Assembly: GCF_044704955.1 (NCBI RefSeq)
Contig: NC_091990.1
Location: forward strand, 46,004,001-46,068,000
DNA: 64,000 nt
Source of the DNA: Pristiophorus japonicus
Taxonomy: Eukaryota
Direction: 5' to 3'
Shown here: one piece after another, positions 52,331 through 64,000 of the stretch
How the letters are laid out: each line of letters begins with the position of its first letter
Position numbering within the stretch: position 1 is the first letter of the stretch
Position numbers and translations under genes: made by a program
Notes under the pieces: generated by a model
What the model was told of the DNA's origin: nothing
The model's input: the letters and a program-made list of their open reading frames with translations, nothing else
Database searches by the model: none

Positions 52331-55300
52331 TATTGTGTATGTATAATATAAGAATACTCCCTGTACACTCAATGTACAGTTACATAAGACTACTGGATGT
52401 ACCTTCACACTGTATACACGATGCTTGTACCACCAGAGGGTGCAACTGGTGGAGACCTAGGGGTCACCTGTACACAACAGGTAACCAGGTATAAACGGGA
52501 GTTCACCATGTTGTACCCTCATTCAGGAGCTGTAATAAATGAACTAAGGTCACCACATTTCAAGTACAATACCTTGCCTCGTGGAGTGATTACTAAAGTG
52601 CTTACAGATACAATAACTGCCAACGAGATTATGAATTTCCATGCGAAAAATGGCTAACCTTGGCACGTATCAACAATTCGCTGAGGGGGAAGATTGGGAG
52701 GCCTTTGTTGAAAGGCTCAAACACTTTTTCATTGCGAACGACCTGGCAGGAGACACACCGACCTCGCTGGCTGATAAGCGCAGAGCCATCCTGCTCAGCA
52801 AATGCGGACCCACCATCTATGGCCTTGTCAGGGACTTGCTAGCCCCAGAGAAGACAACAACCAAAACATATGCGGAGCTCATAACAATGATACAGGAACA
52901 GCTCAAGCCTAAAGAGGGCATCCTCATAGCCAGACACTGGTTCTAAACCTACCGGCAGCCCAAAGGCCAAGAAATCGCAAAATATGCTGCAGACCTCAGA
53001 CGATTGGCTGTGCCGTGTGATTTTGGTGACCACCTCACCGAAGCGCTGTTGGGCATCTTCGTTATTGGAATCAGCCACGAGAGCCTTCTCCACAAGCTGT
53101 TCTCTGCGGATACCACGGTCACCCTGTAGAAGGCAATTAACGTGAGCCAGGCGTTCATAGTCTCGGCCTGTGATTCCAAGCGGATGACTCGCCTCCAGGA
53201 TTGTGAACCGACTGGTGCCTTTTAGAGGCAAGGCTGCTGAATGCAGTCTCTCTCAGGGTAGATAGAACAGAACCCCGAGTCCCGCAACCCTGAGTCCGCC
53301 ACATGGGGCCAACCGGCCAGCCCCATGCTGGCACTGTGGAGGAAATCATAGAGCCTACCAGTGCCGCTACAAAGACCATACTTGCAAAAGCTGTAACACA
53401 AAGGGCCACCTCCAGTGAATGTGCAAGAGAAATTGTACTCACTGAGTCGATGAAGAGTTGGCCGATCATCTGGACTCCAGCGACGATGAAAAGAGAGTCC
53501 ATGAGGCAGCTCCGCCCCACGATGAGGTGTACAGAGTGTTTACCTGCACCACCGAGAGCTCTCCGTTGAAAATGGAAGTCGAAATCAATGATGTTCCAGT
53601 CACAATGGAGGTGGACACAGGGGCGAGCCAATCGCTGATGAATCAGGCGACCTTTGAGAAACTCTGGGACAATCCAATCGAACGACCTAAAATGATCCCG
53701 ATCCAAGTGAAGCTGCTCACCTACACAAACGACACCATCCCAGTCATTGGCAGCGTGGATGTCCAGGTGTCCCATGGTGGCGCGATGCATAAGTTTTCTT
53801 TGTGGATCGTTGCTGTTGATGGTCCAACGCTGCTCGGAAAAAGATGGATGAAACAAATCCGTTGGAGCTGGGAAAACCTCCAACCTCCGGCGATCGACAT
53901 CCTACACGGCCCCGAATTTGGATCCAGCACAACACCTGAGAAACCAGCCGCTCAACTCGACTGCGTGGAGACGACACATCGCGCTCAACCCAACGGTGAG
54001 ATGATCCAGCACAAACGACCCGACCTCACCTTCCAGGCTCCAGTGGCAGGACTCCGGAGGAAGAAAATCGGGGCAGAACCTGGGGAAAAAAGGATCACCG
54101 CAGCCTACCTCGTGGAGAGAAAGAAGATGGCGCCCGCACCACGAGGCGGCGGCCAGACCATGAGAGGCAGCATTGAGGGAGCCACACGTGATGCCGAGCA
54201 ATGAACCGGATTGGGGTAAAGATTGCAAGGCCCTTTTAAAGGAGACCCGCAACCCATCACAATTAAAGGAACAGTTCCACTCTTTATACAGCGATGCCGG
54301 TGATACAGATGTAAACGATGTAATTGACAAATGCATGTTAAGTCGGGCGATCATGGTCGGAACCAATGTATTATGACAGTAAATGAAGTCATGATGTGCG
54401 ATGCCGGGTTCTACATGTACGCCGACAAAACCAAGGGCAACCTCCCGTTGGAAGCACCCAGGTCCAGCGGGCTACCCGATCATGTAGCCTGCGCCTCCGG
54501 GACAATGTGATGCCCCAGGGAGCGTGGTCACACACAGAGGAAGCATACCCACTGCAGGGCCAGTGATCAGCAGATGGCAAAGGCACCACTACCGGTACCC
54601 TGCCCCTGATTGGCTCTACCTCTCTGGCCACCAGGGCCAGTACCGGGAGCAAGAGGCTAGCATCCTCCAGCTTTCCCAACGGGACCTGGGATGACCAGGC
54701 TCCCACTCTTGCTGAAAGGCAGCAGGGAGACACCGCAGCCCTCAAAGGAGGACAGGGAGGTCACTCATTCTTGTGGCTCTGCCCACCACTAGGCAACGGC
54801 AAAGGCCCTGAGACTCAGCCAGGTGAGCGATCCGAACCCACCCAACTGGCAGGGGGCACAGCGCCACCATCAGACACCTGGACACAGTCCAGTTACTCTG
54901 GAACTAGTGTCCTCACCCACCTGCACCTACACAACCCAGGGACAAGACTGTGAGACCACGTATGTACCTTACCTGAAAAATGTACTTGTTCCACTACTGC
55001 AGAACCCAAACAGTGATGTAATTAATCCTATGGTTTTTTGTTCTTTCTTTCTGTACATGTATGCACATGCAGGTGTTGAGCCACACACATGGTCTATGTA
55101 AGGAGGGTGGGGGGGGGGGGAATGGATGTATGTAGCCATGGACACAAATGGATCACATCCAGAACCCACTCAACCCCCACTGCAACCTCTAACCGTCCAC
55201 TGCTGACCATTTCCCAATGCTGTGGCAATAAGGACTTGGGGGTCAACAGGGAGAGAGCCTAGCCAAAGCATAGACAAGGTGCAAGAGCTTTGGGCACTCA

Positions 55301-55644
55301 AGTCTAGGGCCAGAGCACACAATGCAAAGGCCAGTGGCACAAGACTTAAGGGAGAATGATGTTATGTATGTGTAATATAAGTATACTCCCTGTACACTCA
55401 ATGTACAGTTACATAAGACTACTGGATGTACCTTCACGCTGTATATACTCTGCTTGTACCACCAGAGGGTGCAACTGGTGGAGACCTAGGCGTCACCTGT
55501 ACATGACAGGTAACCAGGTATAAAAGGGAGCTCACCATGCTGTACTCTCACTCAGGAGCTGTAATAAATGGACCAAGGTCACCACAGTTCAAGTACAATA
55601 CCTTATGTCGTGGAGTCGTTACGAGAGTGCTTATAGACAGAATA
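52331..55644 (+). mobile_element. Ty3/Gypsy LTR retrotransposon, non-autonomous (gag-protease only)
   Basis: Two 285-bp LTRs (52331-52615, 55360-55644); 5-bp TSD TTTAC; PBS-like actgccaacgag; PPT aagggagaatga. Confidence 0.95.
52641..54204 (+). pseudogene. Disrupted Gypsy gag plus aspartic protease
   Basis: Gag EDWEAFVERLKHFFIANDL..KRRAILLS..LLAP; zinc knuckles CWHCGGNHRAYQC and CKSCNTKGHLQ*MC; protease MEVDTGASQSLM..GPTLLG. Gag carries stops and frameshifts. Confidence 0.9.
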
Positions 55645-56094
55645 TTTACAGCATGTATAGCAGCTAATTCTTGCACATTTTCTTGCACATCAACCTTAGT
55701 AGTAAACTTCTTACTCCATAATATTTCTACGTCCTATACCAGCTGAATGAAATTACTTAATTTGTTTCCATTAGTTTTAAATTATGTACAGAATTGTGCT
55801 GTTGACCTATGTCTGCGAGGAACCAGCTTGAGATTGCCCAAACACATTTTTTTAGGATCCCTGAAGATGGCAGAAGGAAGAAACTTTGAGCCCGTCAATC
55901 TGGGTGATTCAGGGTGATGGGATAGTGTTCTGATAATTGCACTAACTAATTCTACTTACTTTTTGTTGGTTGGAAACTTTCATTTGGTAGAAAATAAATA
56001 CTCATAAAATGTTTTTTAGTTTTAGTAAAAAAAAATATATGGTTATACAAAATGAATCTAAGAACAAAGATCTAATTTAAAGAGACATTAATTG

Positions 56095-56410
56095 TCAGCC
56101 ATGGCTCAGTGGGTAGCACTATTGACTCTGAGTCACAAGGTTGTGGGTTCAAGACCCGCTCCAGAGACTTGAGCACAAAAATCTAGGCTAAAACTCCAGT
56201 GCAGGTGCAGTCTTTCAGATGAGACGTTAAGTTGAGACCCTCTCTGCTCCCTCAGGTGGATGTAAGAGATCCCACGGCACTATTTAAAGAAGAACAGGGG
56301 AGTTATCCCCAGTGTCCTGGCCAATATTTATCTATCAATCAACATCACTAAAACAGATTATCTGGTCATTATCACATTGCTGATTGTGGAAACTTGCTGT
56401 GTGGATAGAT
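56095..56410 (+). mobile_element. tRNA-derived DeuSINE, 5' part
   Basis: A-box tggctcagtgg, B-box ggttcaagacc, and Deu core gtctttcagatgagacgttaa. Confidence 0.85.
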
Positions 56411-56449
56411 GGGCATCTCACATATTGTTCAGTAAAGAATGTAAAAAAA

Positions 56450-56575
56450 GAATGACTTGCATTTATATAGTGCCTTTCACAAGCTTAGGACACCCCAAAG
56501 TGCTTTAAGTCAATTAAGTACTTTTGAAGTGTAGCCACTGTTATATTGTAGGAAACATAGCAACCAATTTGCACA
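56450..56575 (-). mobile_element. DeuSINE 3' tail fragment (target of the CR1)
   Basis: gacttgcatttatatagtgcctttcac...caaccaatttgcacag. Confidence 0.7.
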
Positions 56576-59500
56576 GGAGGGCAGGAAAAAGAGTGGGAGA
56601 GCGATAGTGATAGGGGATTCAATTGTAAGGGGAATAGATAGGCGTTTCTGCGGCCGCAACCGAGACTCCAGGATGGTATGTTGCCTCCCTGGTGCAAGGG
56701 TCAAGGATATCTCGGAGCGGGTGCAGGACATTCTAAAAAGGGAGGGAGAACAGCCAGTTGTCGTGGTGCACGTTGGTACCAACGATATAGGTAAAAAAAG
56801 GGATGAGGTCCTACGAAACGAATTTAAGGAGCTAGGAGCTAAATTAAAAAGTAGGACCTCAAAAGTAGTAATCTCGAGATTGCTACCAGTACCACGTGCT
56901 AGTCAGAGTAGGAATCGCAGGATAGCGCAGATGAATACGTGGTTTGAGCAGTGGTGCAGCAGGGAGGGATTCAAATTCCTGGGGCATTGGAACCAGTTCT
57001 GGGGGAGGTGGGACCAGTACAAACCGGACGATCTGCACCTGGGCAGGACCGGAACCAATGTCCTCGGGGGAGTGTTTGCTAGTGCTGTTGGGGAGGAGTT
57101 AAACTAATATGGCAGGGGGATGGGAACCAATGCAGGGAGATAGAGGGAAACAAAAAGGAGACAAAAGCAAAAGACAGAAAGGAGATGAGGAAAAGTGGAG
57201 GGCAGAGAAACCCAAGGCAAAGAACAAAAAGGGCCACTGTACAGCAAAATTATAAAATGACAAAGGGTGTTAAAAAAACAAGCCAGAAGGCTTTGTGTCT
57301 TAATGCAAGGAGTATCTGTAATAAGGTGGATGAATTAACTGTGCAAATAGATGTTAACAAATATGATGTGATTGGGATTACAGAGACGTGGCTCCAGGAT
57401 GATCAGGGCTGGGAACTCATCATCCCAGGGGCATTCAACATTCAGGAAGGATAGAATAAAAGGAAAAGGAGGTGGGGTAGCATTGCTGGTTAAGGAGGAG
57501 ATTAATGCAATAGTTAGGAAGGACATTAGCTTGGATGATGTGGAATCTATATGGGTAGAGCTCCAGAACACCAAAGGGCAAAAAACGTTAGTGGGAGTTG
57601 TGTACAGACCTCCAAACAGTAGTAGTGATGTTGGGGAGGGCATCAAACAGGAAATTAGGGGTGCATGCAATAAAGGTGCAGCAGTTATAATGGGTGACTT
57701 TAATATGCACATAGATTGGGCTAACCAAACTGGAAGCAATACGGTGGAGGAGGATTTCCTGGAGTGCATAAGGGATGGTTTTCTAGACCAATATGTCGAG
57801 GAACCAACTAGGGGGGAGGCCATCTTAGACTGGATGTTGTGTAATGAGAGAGGATTAATTAGCAATCTCGTTGTGCGAGGCCCCTTGGGGAAGAGTGACC
57901 ATAATATGGTGGAATTCTGCATTAGGATGGAGAATGAAACAGTTAATTCAGAGACCATGGTCCAGAACTTAAAGAAGGCTAACTTTGAAGGTATGAGGTG
58001 TGAATTGGCTAGGATAGATTGGCAAATAATACTTAAGGGGTTGACTGTGGATGGGCAATGGCAGACATTTAGAGACCGCATGGATAAACTACAACAATTG
58101 TACATTCCTGTCTGGCGTAAAAATAAAAAAGGGAAGGTGGCTCAACCGTGGCTATCAAGGGAAATCAGGGATAGTATTAAAGCCAAGGAAGTGGCATAAA
58201 AATTGGCCAGAAATAGCAGCGAACCCGGGGACTGGGAGAAATTTAGAACTCAGCAGAGGAGGACAAAGGGTTTGATTAGGGCAGGGAAAATGGAGTACGA
58301 AAAGAAGCTTGCAGGGAACATTAAGACGGATTGCAAAAGTTTCTATAGATATGTAAAGAGAAAAAGGTTAGTAAATACAAACGTAGGTCCCCTGCAGTCA
58401 GAATCAAGGGAAGTCATAACGGGGAACAAAGAAATGGCGGACCAATTGAACAAGTACTTTGGTTCGGTATTCATTAAGGAGGACACAAACAACCTTCCGG
58501 ATATAAAAGGGGTCAGAGGGTATAGTATGGAGGAGGAACTGAGGGAAATCCTTATTAGTCGGGAAATTGTGTTGGGGAAATTGATGGGATTGAAGGCCGA
58601 TAAATCCCCAGGGCCTGATGGACTGCATCCCAGAGTACTTAAGGAGGTGGCCTTGGAAATAGCGGATGCATTGACAGTCATTTTCCAACCTTCCATTGAC
58701 TCTGGATCAGTTCCTATTAAGGATGTCATAGCAGCGTATTTGGAAAGAGGTGACATGATAGGTCCAAGTCTGTATAGATTTGTGAAAGGGAAATCATGCT
58801 TGACAAATCTTCTGGAATTTTTTGAGGATGTTTCCAGTAGAGTGGACAAGGGAGAACCAGTTGATGTGGTATATTTTGACTTTCAGAAGGCTTTCGACAA
58901 GGTCCCACACAAGAGATTAATGTGCAAAGTTAAAGCACATGGGATTGGGGGTAGTGTGCTGACATGGATTGAGAACTGGTTGTCAGACAGGAAGCAAAGA
59001 GTAGGAGTAAATGGGGACTTTTCAGAATGGCAGGCAGTGACTAGTGGGGTACCGCAAGGTTCTGTGCTGGGGCCCCAGTTGTTTACACTGTACATCAATG
59101 ATTTAGACGAGGGGATTAAATGTAGTACCTCCAAATTTGCGGGTGACACTAAGTTGTGTGGCAGTGTGAGCTGCGAGGAGGATGCTATGAGGCTGCAGAG
59201 TGACTTGGATAGGTTAGGTGAGTGGGCAAATGCATGGCAGATGAAGTATAATGTGGATAAATGTGAGGTTATCCACTTTGGTGGTAAAAGCAGAGAGACA
59301 GACTATTATCTGAATGGTGACAGATTAGGAAAAGGGGAGGTGCAATGAGACCTGGGTGTCATGGTACATCAGTCATTGAAGGTTGTCATGCAGGTACAGC
59401 AGGCGGTTAAAAAAGCAAATGGCATGTTGGCCTTCATAGCGAGGGGATTTGAGTACAGGTGCAGGGAGGTGTTGCTACAGTTGTACAGGGCCTTGGTGAG

Positions 59501-60070
59501 GCCACACCTGGAGTATTGTGTACAGTTTTGGTCTCCTAACCTGAGGAAGGACATTCTTGCTATTGAGGGAGTGCAGCGAAGGTTCACCAGACTGATTCCC
59601 GGGATGGTGGGACTGACCTATCAAGAAAGACTGGATCAACTGGACTTGTATTCACTGGAGTTCAGAAGAATGAGAGGGGACCTCATAGAAACGTTTAAAA
59701 TTCTGATGGGTTTAGACAGGTTAGATGCAGGAAGAATGTTCCCAATGTTGGGGAAGTCCAGAACCAGGGGTCACAGTCTAAGGATAAGGGGTAAGCCATT
59801 TAGGACCGAGATGAGGAGAAACTTCTTCACCCAGAGAGTGGTGAACCTGTGGAATTCTCTACCCCAGAAAGTTGTTGAGGCCAATTCACTAAATATATTC
59901 AAAAAGGAGTTAGATGAAGTCCTTACTACTAGGGGGATCAAGGGGTATGGCGAGAAAGCAGGAATGGGGTACTGAAGTTGCATGTTCAGCCATGAACTCA
60001 TTGAATGGCGGTGCAGGCTAGAAGGGCCGAATGGCCTACTCCTGCACCTATTTTCTATGTTTCTATGTTC
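56575..60070 (+). mobile_element. Young CR1 (HER1-like) LINE with 3' half of ORF1 and all of ORF2 (disrupted)
   Basis: ORF1 SGNH esterase (IGDSIVRG..CLPGA..VHVGTNDIG..DDLHL, 56607-57107). ORF2 endonuclease and RT with stops, a frameshift, FADD changed to FAGD, and a 117-bp deletion at 58717. (TTTCTATG)n tail. Confidence 0.95.
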
Positions 60071-60959
60071 CCAATTGGGCACAGGGCAATTTTGCCCCCA
60101 CAGAATTTATGTTAAGATACATGGAGCTTTAATTCCTCCCTTCAAGAATTAAGGCAAGAGGAATAGAAGACTGAACAAAACAGAAGACAGTCTCTGGATT
60201 TAAAGTTTTTTTCTTTGAAATTCAAATAATTTATTTGCAGCCAAATGTTAACAGTTTTATTACCACGGCAAAATAAGGGTTAATGGTTTGCAACTGATGC
60301 AGAATAGCCGTCTTATTTTGACACTTGAAAGCAACTAGAAATTCTGCTTCCAAGCAGATAACATGCTGCATTTGTTCACCATCACAGTATCTTTATCTTC
60401 ATTGATTTCTGAACAAAAAGAATCTGCTTTTCTCAGAGACTGTCAGTTTCCTATCTTCTATTTTGAAACTTAGTGAAGGATGATAGCCTTTGTTCAACAC
60501 AAGCTATTTTTAAAACCATAAAATTAAAACTGAACTTCCTCTTTTCACTGTTACAATTTTCTTTTGTAATTTGAGGTGTTTACCCTTTATGTACAAAGAA
60601 ACAGAGAGAAATCTGAACTAGAATGCAGATAGCAACTGCAATGAGAAGATTGAGAGGCAATATGATCGATGTGTTTAAAATGTTAAAAGATTTGATAGGG
60701 TAGATACGGTAAAAATATTTCCTTTGGTGGGGGAACCAAGAACAAGGGGACATCATGGCCCGGATTTTGCGGTCAATGATGGACCAATGATACTTGCCGT
60801 TCATTACACTCACAGTCGCCCACAGACTATCACAATTGCTCTGAGCTTATACCCAGTGCTCATGATAAGAAATGACCTTGTATCCAACACTGCAACATAA
60901 GCAAACAAGTCGTGGGTACTTTATATTTTATCAAAAGTTGATTTTGTAAAAAAAAAGAA

Positions 60960-61357
60960 AAGAGATTTGCATTTATATACCGCCTTTCACCACCATCGGA
61001 CGTCCCAAAGTGCTTTACAGCCAATGAAGTACTTTTTAAAGTGTAGTCACTGCTGTAACATAGGAAACATGGCAGCCAATATAGCTCCCACAAACAGCAA
61101 TGTGATAATGACCCATGATATTGATTAAGGGATAAATATTGGCCAGAACACCGGGGACAACTTCCCTGCTCTTCTTTGAAGTAGTACCGTGGGATCCTCT
61201 GTATCCACCTGAGAGCAGATGGGTACTTCCGACAGTGTGGCACTCCCTCACTGGAGTGTGAGCCTTGATTTTTGTGCTCAGGTCCCTAGAGTGGGAATTG
61301 AACCCACAACTTTCTGACTCAGAGGCAAGGGTGCTACAAACTTAGCCACAGCTGACA
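60960..61357 (-). mobile_element. DeuSINE/SacSINE1-like
   Basis: Reverse complement starts tgtcagctgtggctaagtttgtagcac, with B-box gggttcaattccc and the tail at about 60965. Confidence 0.85.
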
Positions 61358-61699
61358 CGTAAAAGTAAATGCCGAAATATTGGTCCCTATTTTAACTGGT
61401 CCCATCTGGCAGAAACCGGACCAGTGGGTTGCTAAAATAAGACGTGCCACTTACCCTCATATATCCCGCTGGTTTTCTGCCATTAAGCTGTTCTCTTTAG
61501 CAGGCAGGCAGGCCACCCGTAGGAAGTGAGCGAGGTGCTACTGTAAATATGCAGGTCGGGTCTGACCACTGGTGGTCGTGCTGGCTCTCCTGTCAGGTAA
61601 ACCTGTTGGGAGCTAGAACCTGGTATGTGTTGAAGTTATATTTCGGGTTTCCTTGTGGGCCAGGAGGGGCCGCAGTACTCCTACGGACTGCACAAGGAT

Positions 61700-62080
61700 C
61701 GGGAGGGGGAAGAAGCATTTGGAAAGGATCGGAAGTGAGGAGAAGTGGGTGGAAGAGAGCGGGAGTGGGGAAAGGGATCAGGAGGGGGGAGATGCATGTG
61801 GAAAGGATCTGGAGTCGGGAGAAGCTTGTTAGAGTGATCGACCATTGGGATAGGGCGAGCTCAATGCAAGGAAGGCCCAAGACATCCTTGGGCCTCTCAT
61901 TGAGCTCCCCCCATCCCAATGGTGGCCAGATCCATCCCTCGCCAATCACTCTAACAAGCTTCTCCCGACTCCATATCCTTTCCACGTGCATATCCCCCCT
62001 CCCGAACTCTTTCCCCAATCCCACTCTCTTCCACACACTTCTCCCCACTCCCAATCCCTTCCACATGACTCTTCCCCCTC
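61700..62080. repeat. Long imperfect inverted repeat (foldback)
   Basis: Left arm ggagtcgggagaagcttgttagagtgat pairs with right arm atcactctaacaagcttctcccgactcc; centre aggcccaag-acatc-cttgggcct (61873-61895). Confidence 0.9.
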
Positions 62081-63199
62081 TCGACCCCTTCCACATGCTT
62101 CTCTTCCCTCTCCCGATCCCTTCCACACGCTTCTCCTCCATCTCCCTTTTCATCCACAGGCTTACCCTCTGACCCCTCCCACTCATCATGCCACTGACTG
62201 CTGGGGACCATTCACTGGTCAGGTCTTCATTACGGCCGGTGTCAGGGGGCGGGGAGTGGGGGGGGGGCATTGTTTTATTATAATTGAGGCCCTGCCGCAT
62301 CACACCCCTGGCTTTGCCTGGTTCATCGTCTGCTACTGGGCTACCCCATACCCTTCCCGCCTCCCTGTTAATGTATTTTGGAACTAGTATCCAAAATATT
62401 TTCATGGCATGAATGTTCTGATAGTATTGCCGCAGCAGAAAATCTTCTGGTCATTGAACAATTCTCATTGGCGGAATTGGGTATGGGATCATTGTTTGCT
62501 TGCTGATATCATTATTTATGTTCGATACTACAAAGAAAAACATATCTTTTAAAATTAGTGAAAATATTTGTCTAATGGCCCTTTTCATAGGCTGGTAATA
62601 AATATCTTCATATTGCTGCCTGGGATGTAACCAGAGGATATTACAAAATCCACCAGAGATGCACGTACTAAAAAACGCTTACTGCTTGCAGCTAAACCTG
62701 ATTCCTCCAACCACAAATATGTGGATTGTGCAGCCGTGGGACATTTACCAGACAGAGAATGTGAAGTCTCGACTCTGCCTAAATTGGAAAATTATTAACC
62801 GGTCTGGGACTCCTGCAAGTTCTTTCTTCCCTGGAGGCCTTTCCAATAGATCAACTCTCACAAATCTCACAACTCTCCTGCAGAGCCAGGGATCGGTTAA
62901 AACCAAATAGAAAACATACTACCATTGGTCTCCTGCTATACAGAGAGTGACCTAACCCAACCCATTGCCTTTTCATCAGACCGGGTGGCATTGCCCTTGA
63001 ATTTCTATGGTGCCTTTCATGTCCCCAGGATGTCTCTTTGCTAATGAAATGCAGTCACTGTTGTTTTCGAGGCAAACATAGCAGCCAATATGCTCACAGC
63101 AAAAAAAAACCCAAAACAACACTGAGATAAGTGATTAAATAATCTGGGCTTTTCTTGGTTAGTTGAGGGATAAAGATTGGCCATGACATCTGGAGAACT

Positions 63200-63550
63200 C
63201 AGAAATGCTGGAAGGTCAGTCAGCATTTATGACGAGAACAGACAAGTTAATGTTTCAGGTGTAGTCGCTTCATTAGAACTGGAAGAAATTATGATGAACA
63301 ACATTTAAAAATGAATAGAATATATGAGAGATGGAGCAGAATGGCCCATTTCCTCCCTCGTATGTATATGAGCATTTCCTCTCCCTTCCTTTGTACTGTT
63401 GCTTCCTAAATGTTGTCCATTTGTATATTGTACAGCGCTGATGAAGGGTTTACACTTGAAATATTTACTGGTTTAATATACAAATGCTGACTGACCTGCT
63501 TCTGTTTTTATTTCAGATTTCCAGCATTTTGCAGTTTCTTGCTTTTTACT
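63200..63550. mobile_element. Penelope-end foldback inserted in a DeuSINE (63040-63740)
   Basis: Arms cagaaatgctggaa..ggtcagtcagcattt / aaatgctgactgacc..ttccagcattttg; CTGATGA..GAAA core at 63438-63461. Confidence 0.55.
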
Positions 63551-64000
63551 TACACAGTAGAACTTCCCTGCTCTTCTACAAATAGTGCAATGGGATTTCT
63601 AAACAACCAGATCAGAACTTGGTTTAACATTTATTCTAAAACATGCCACCCTCAACAATGAAGCCCTGAACTGTCAGCCTAGATTATGTGCTCAAGTCCT
63701 GGAGTTCAGTTTCTAACTTAGGTGAGAGTGCCACCAGGGAACCTTGTGAATATGCGGCAGTCCTGCATCAGTGTGAAAACTACTGTGCAATTTGTGAAAA
63801 CTTTAAATAGAAAAGCAAATGGACAGCTAATTGTTAAATGTTAGCCTGTTTCAACTTGTAATATATTTATTTTTAATGTTTGGTTTCTTGCAATGAAATG
63901 TAAAAACACCCGTTGAATCTGACATTTATTCCACTGCTGAAGGATTATTCACAAGCAACAAAATCACTGGTGAGTTAATTAAGTCTCCATCATGAGTCAA

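Noticed and set aside
56095-56165. tRNA gene
   Set aside because: The A/B boxes continue into a SINE body found in several copies; it is a SINE head.
56607-57107. Host SGNH esterase gene
   Set aside because: It is the esterase domain of CR1 ORF1, directly upstream of ORF2.
57335-59149. Long antisense ORFs (256, 168 and 88 aa)
   Set aside because: They are shadow frames of CR1 ORF2.
56564-60085. 14-15 bp TSD around the long CR1 (ccaatttgcacagg / ccaattgggcacagg)
   Set aside because: The match is imperfect, and the left copy probably overlaps CR1's own sequence (microhomology), so I do not call it a TSD.
61549-62405. 207-aa and 270-aa overlapping ORFs sharing MHVERIWSREKLVRVI
   Set aside because: The shared peptide is an artefact of the inverted repeat read on both strands.
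51744-64000. Upstream angiopoietin exon (YCDM..GGWTxIQ..W.EYK)
   Set aside because: Only an isolated YCD near 60385 with no downstream motif or splice context; not supported.
1-64000. Plus-strand host gene such as MCPH1, which hosts ANGPT2 in mammals
   Set aside because: No recognisable plus-strand exon; nesting can be neither shown nor excluded from this window.

Overview
This is a eukaryotic, repeat-saturated window, almost certainly from a cartilaginous fish (shark). The inference rests on CR1/HER1-type LINEs with (TTTCTATG)n tails, DeuSINE/SacSINE1-like SINEs, and L2, Penelope and Harbinger relics. The only host-gene sequence I can support is two minus-strand coding exons of a true angiopoietin fibrinogen-like domain, closest to fish angpt2b as I recall it. 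They are a 167-bp exon (51577-51743) and a 131-bp exon (12908-13038), joined in frame across a 38.5-kb intron; the upstream exons and the terminal exon appear to lie outside the window. Everything else is intronic: three young CR1 LINEs and several old ones, L2 fragments, tRNA/Deu SINEs, about 17 Harbinger-type MITEs (several with 3-bp TSDs), three Harbinger Myb/SANT gene relics, a 3.3-kb two-LTR Gypsy element with gag-protease only, a related solo LTR, four copies of a structured RTE-type SINE, Penelope-end foldbacks with hammerhead-like cores, a G-rich minisatellite and a roughly 380-bp hairpin. I cannot show a definitively new biological system. The best candidates are the gag-pro-only LTR element, the structured SINE, the inverted CR1 pair bracketing both exons, and splice signals carried by the MITEs. 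Repeat boundaries without a stated TSD are approximate, and family names come from motif recognition, not database searches.
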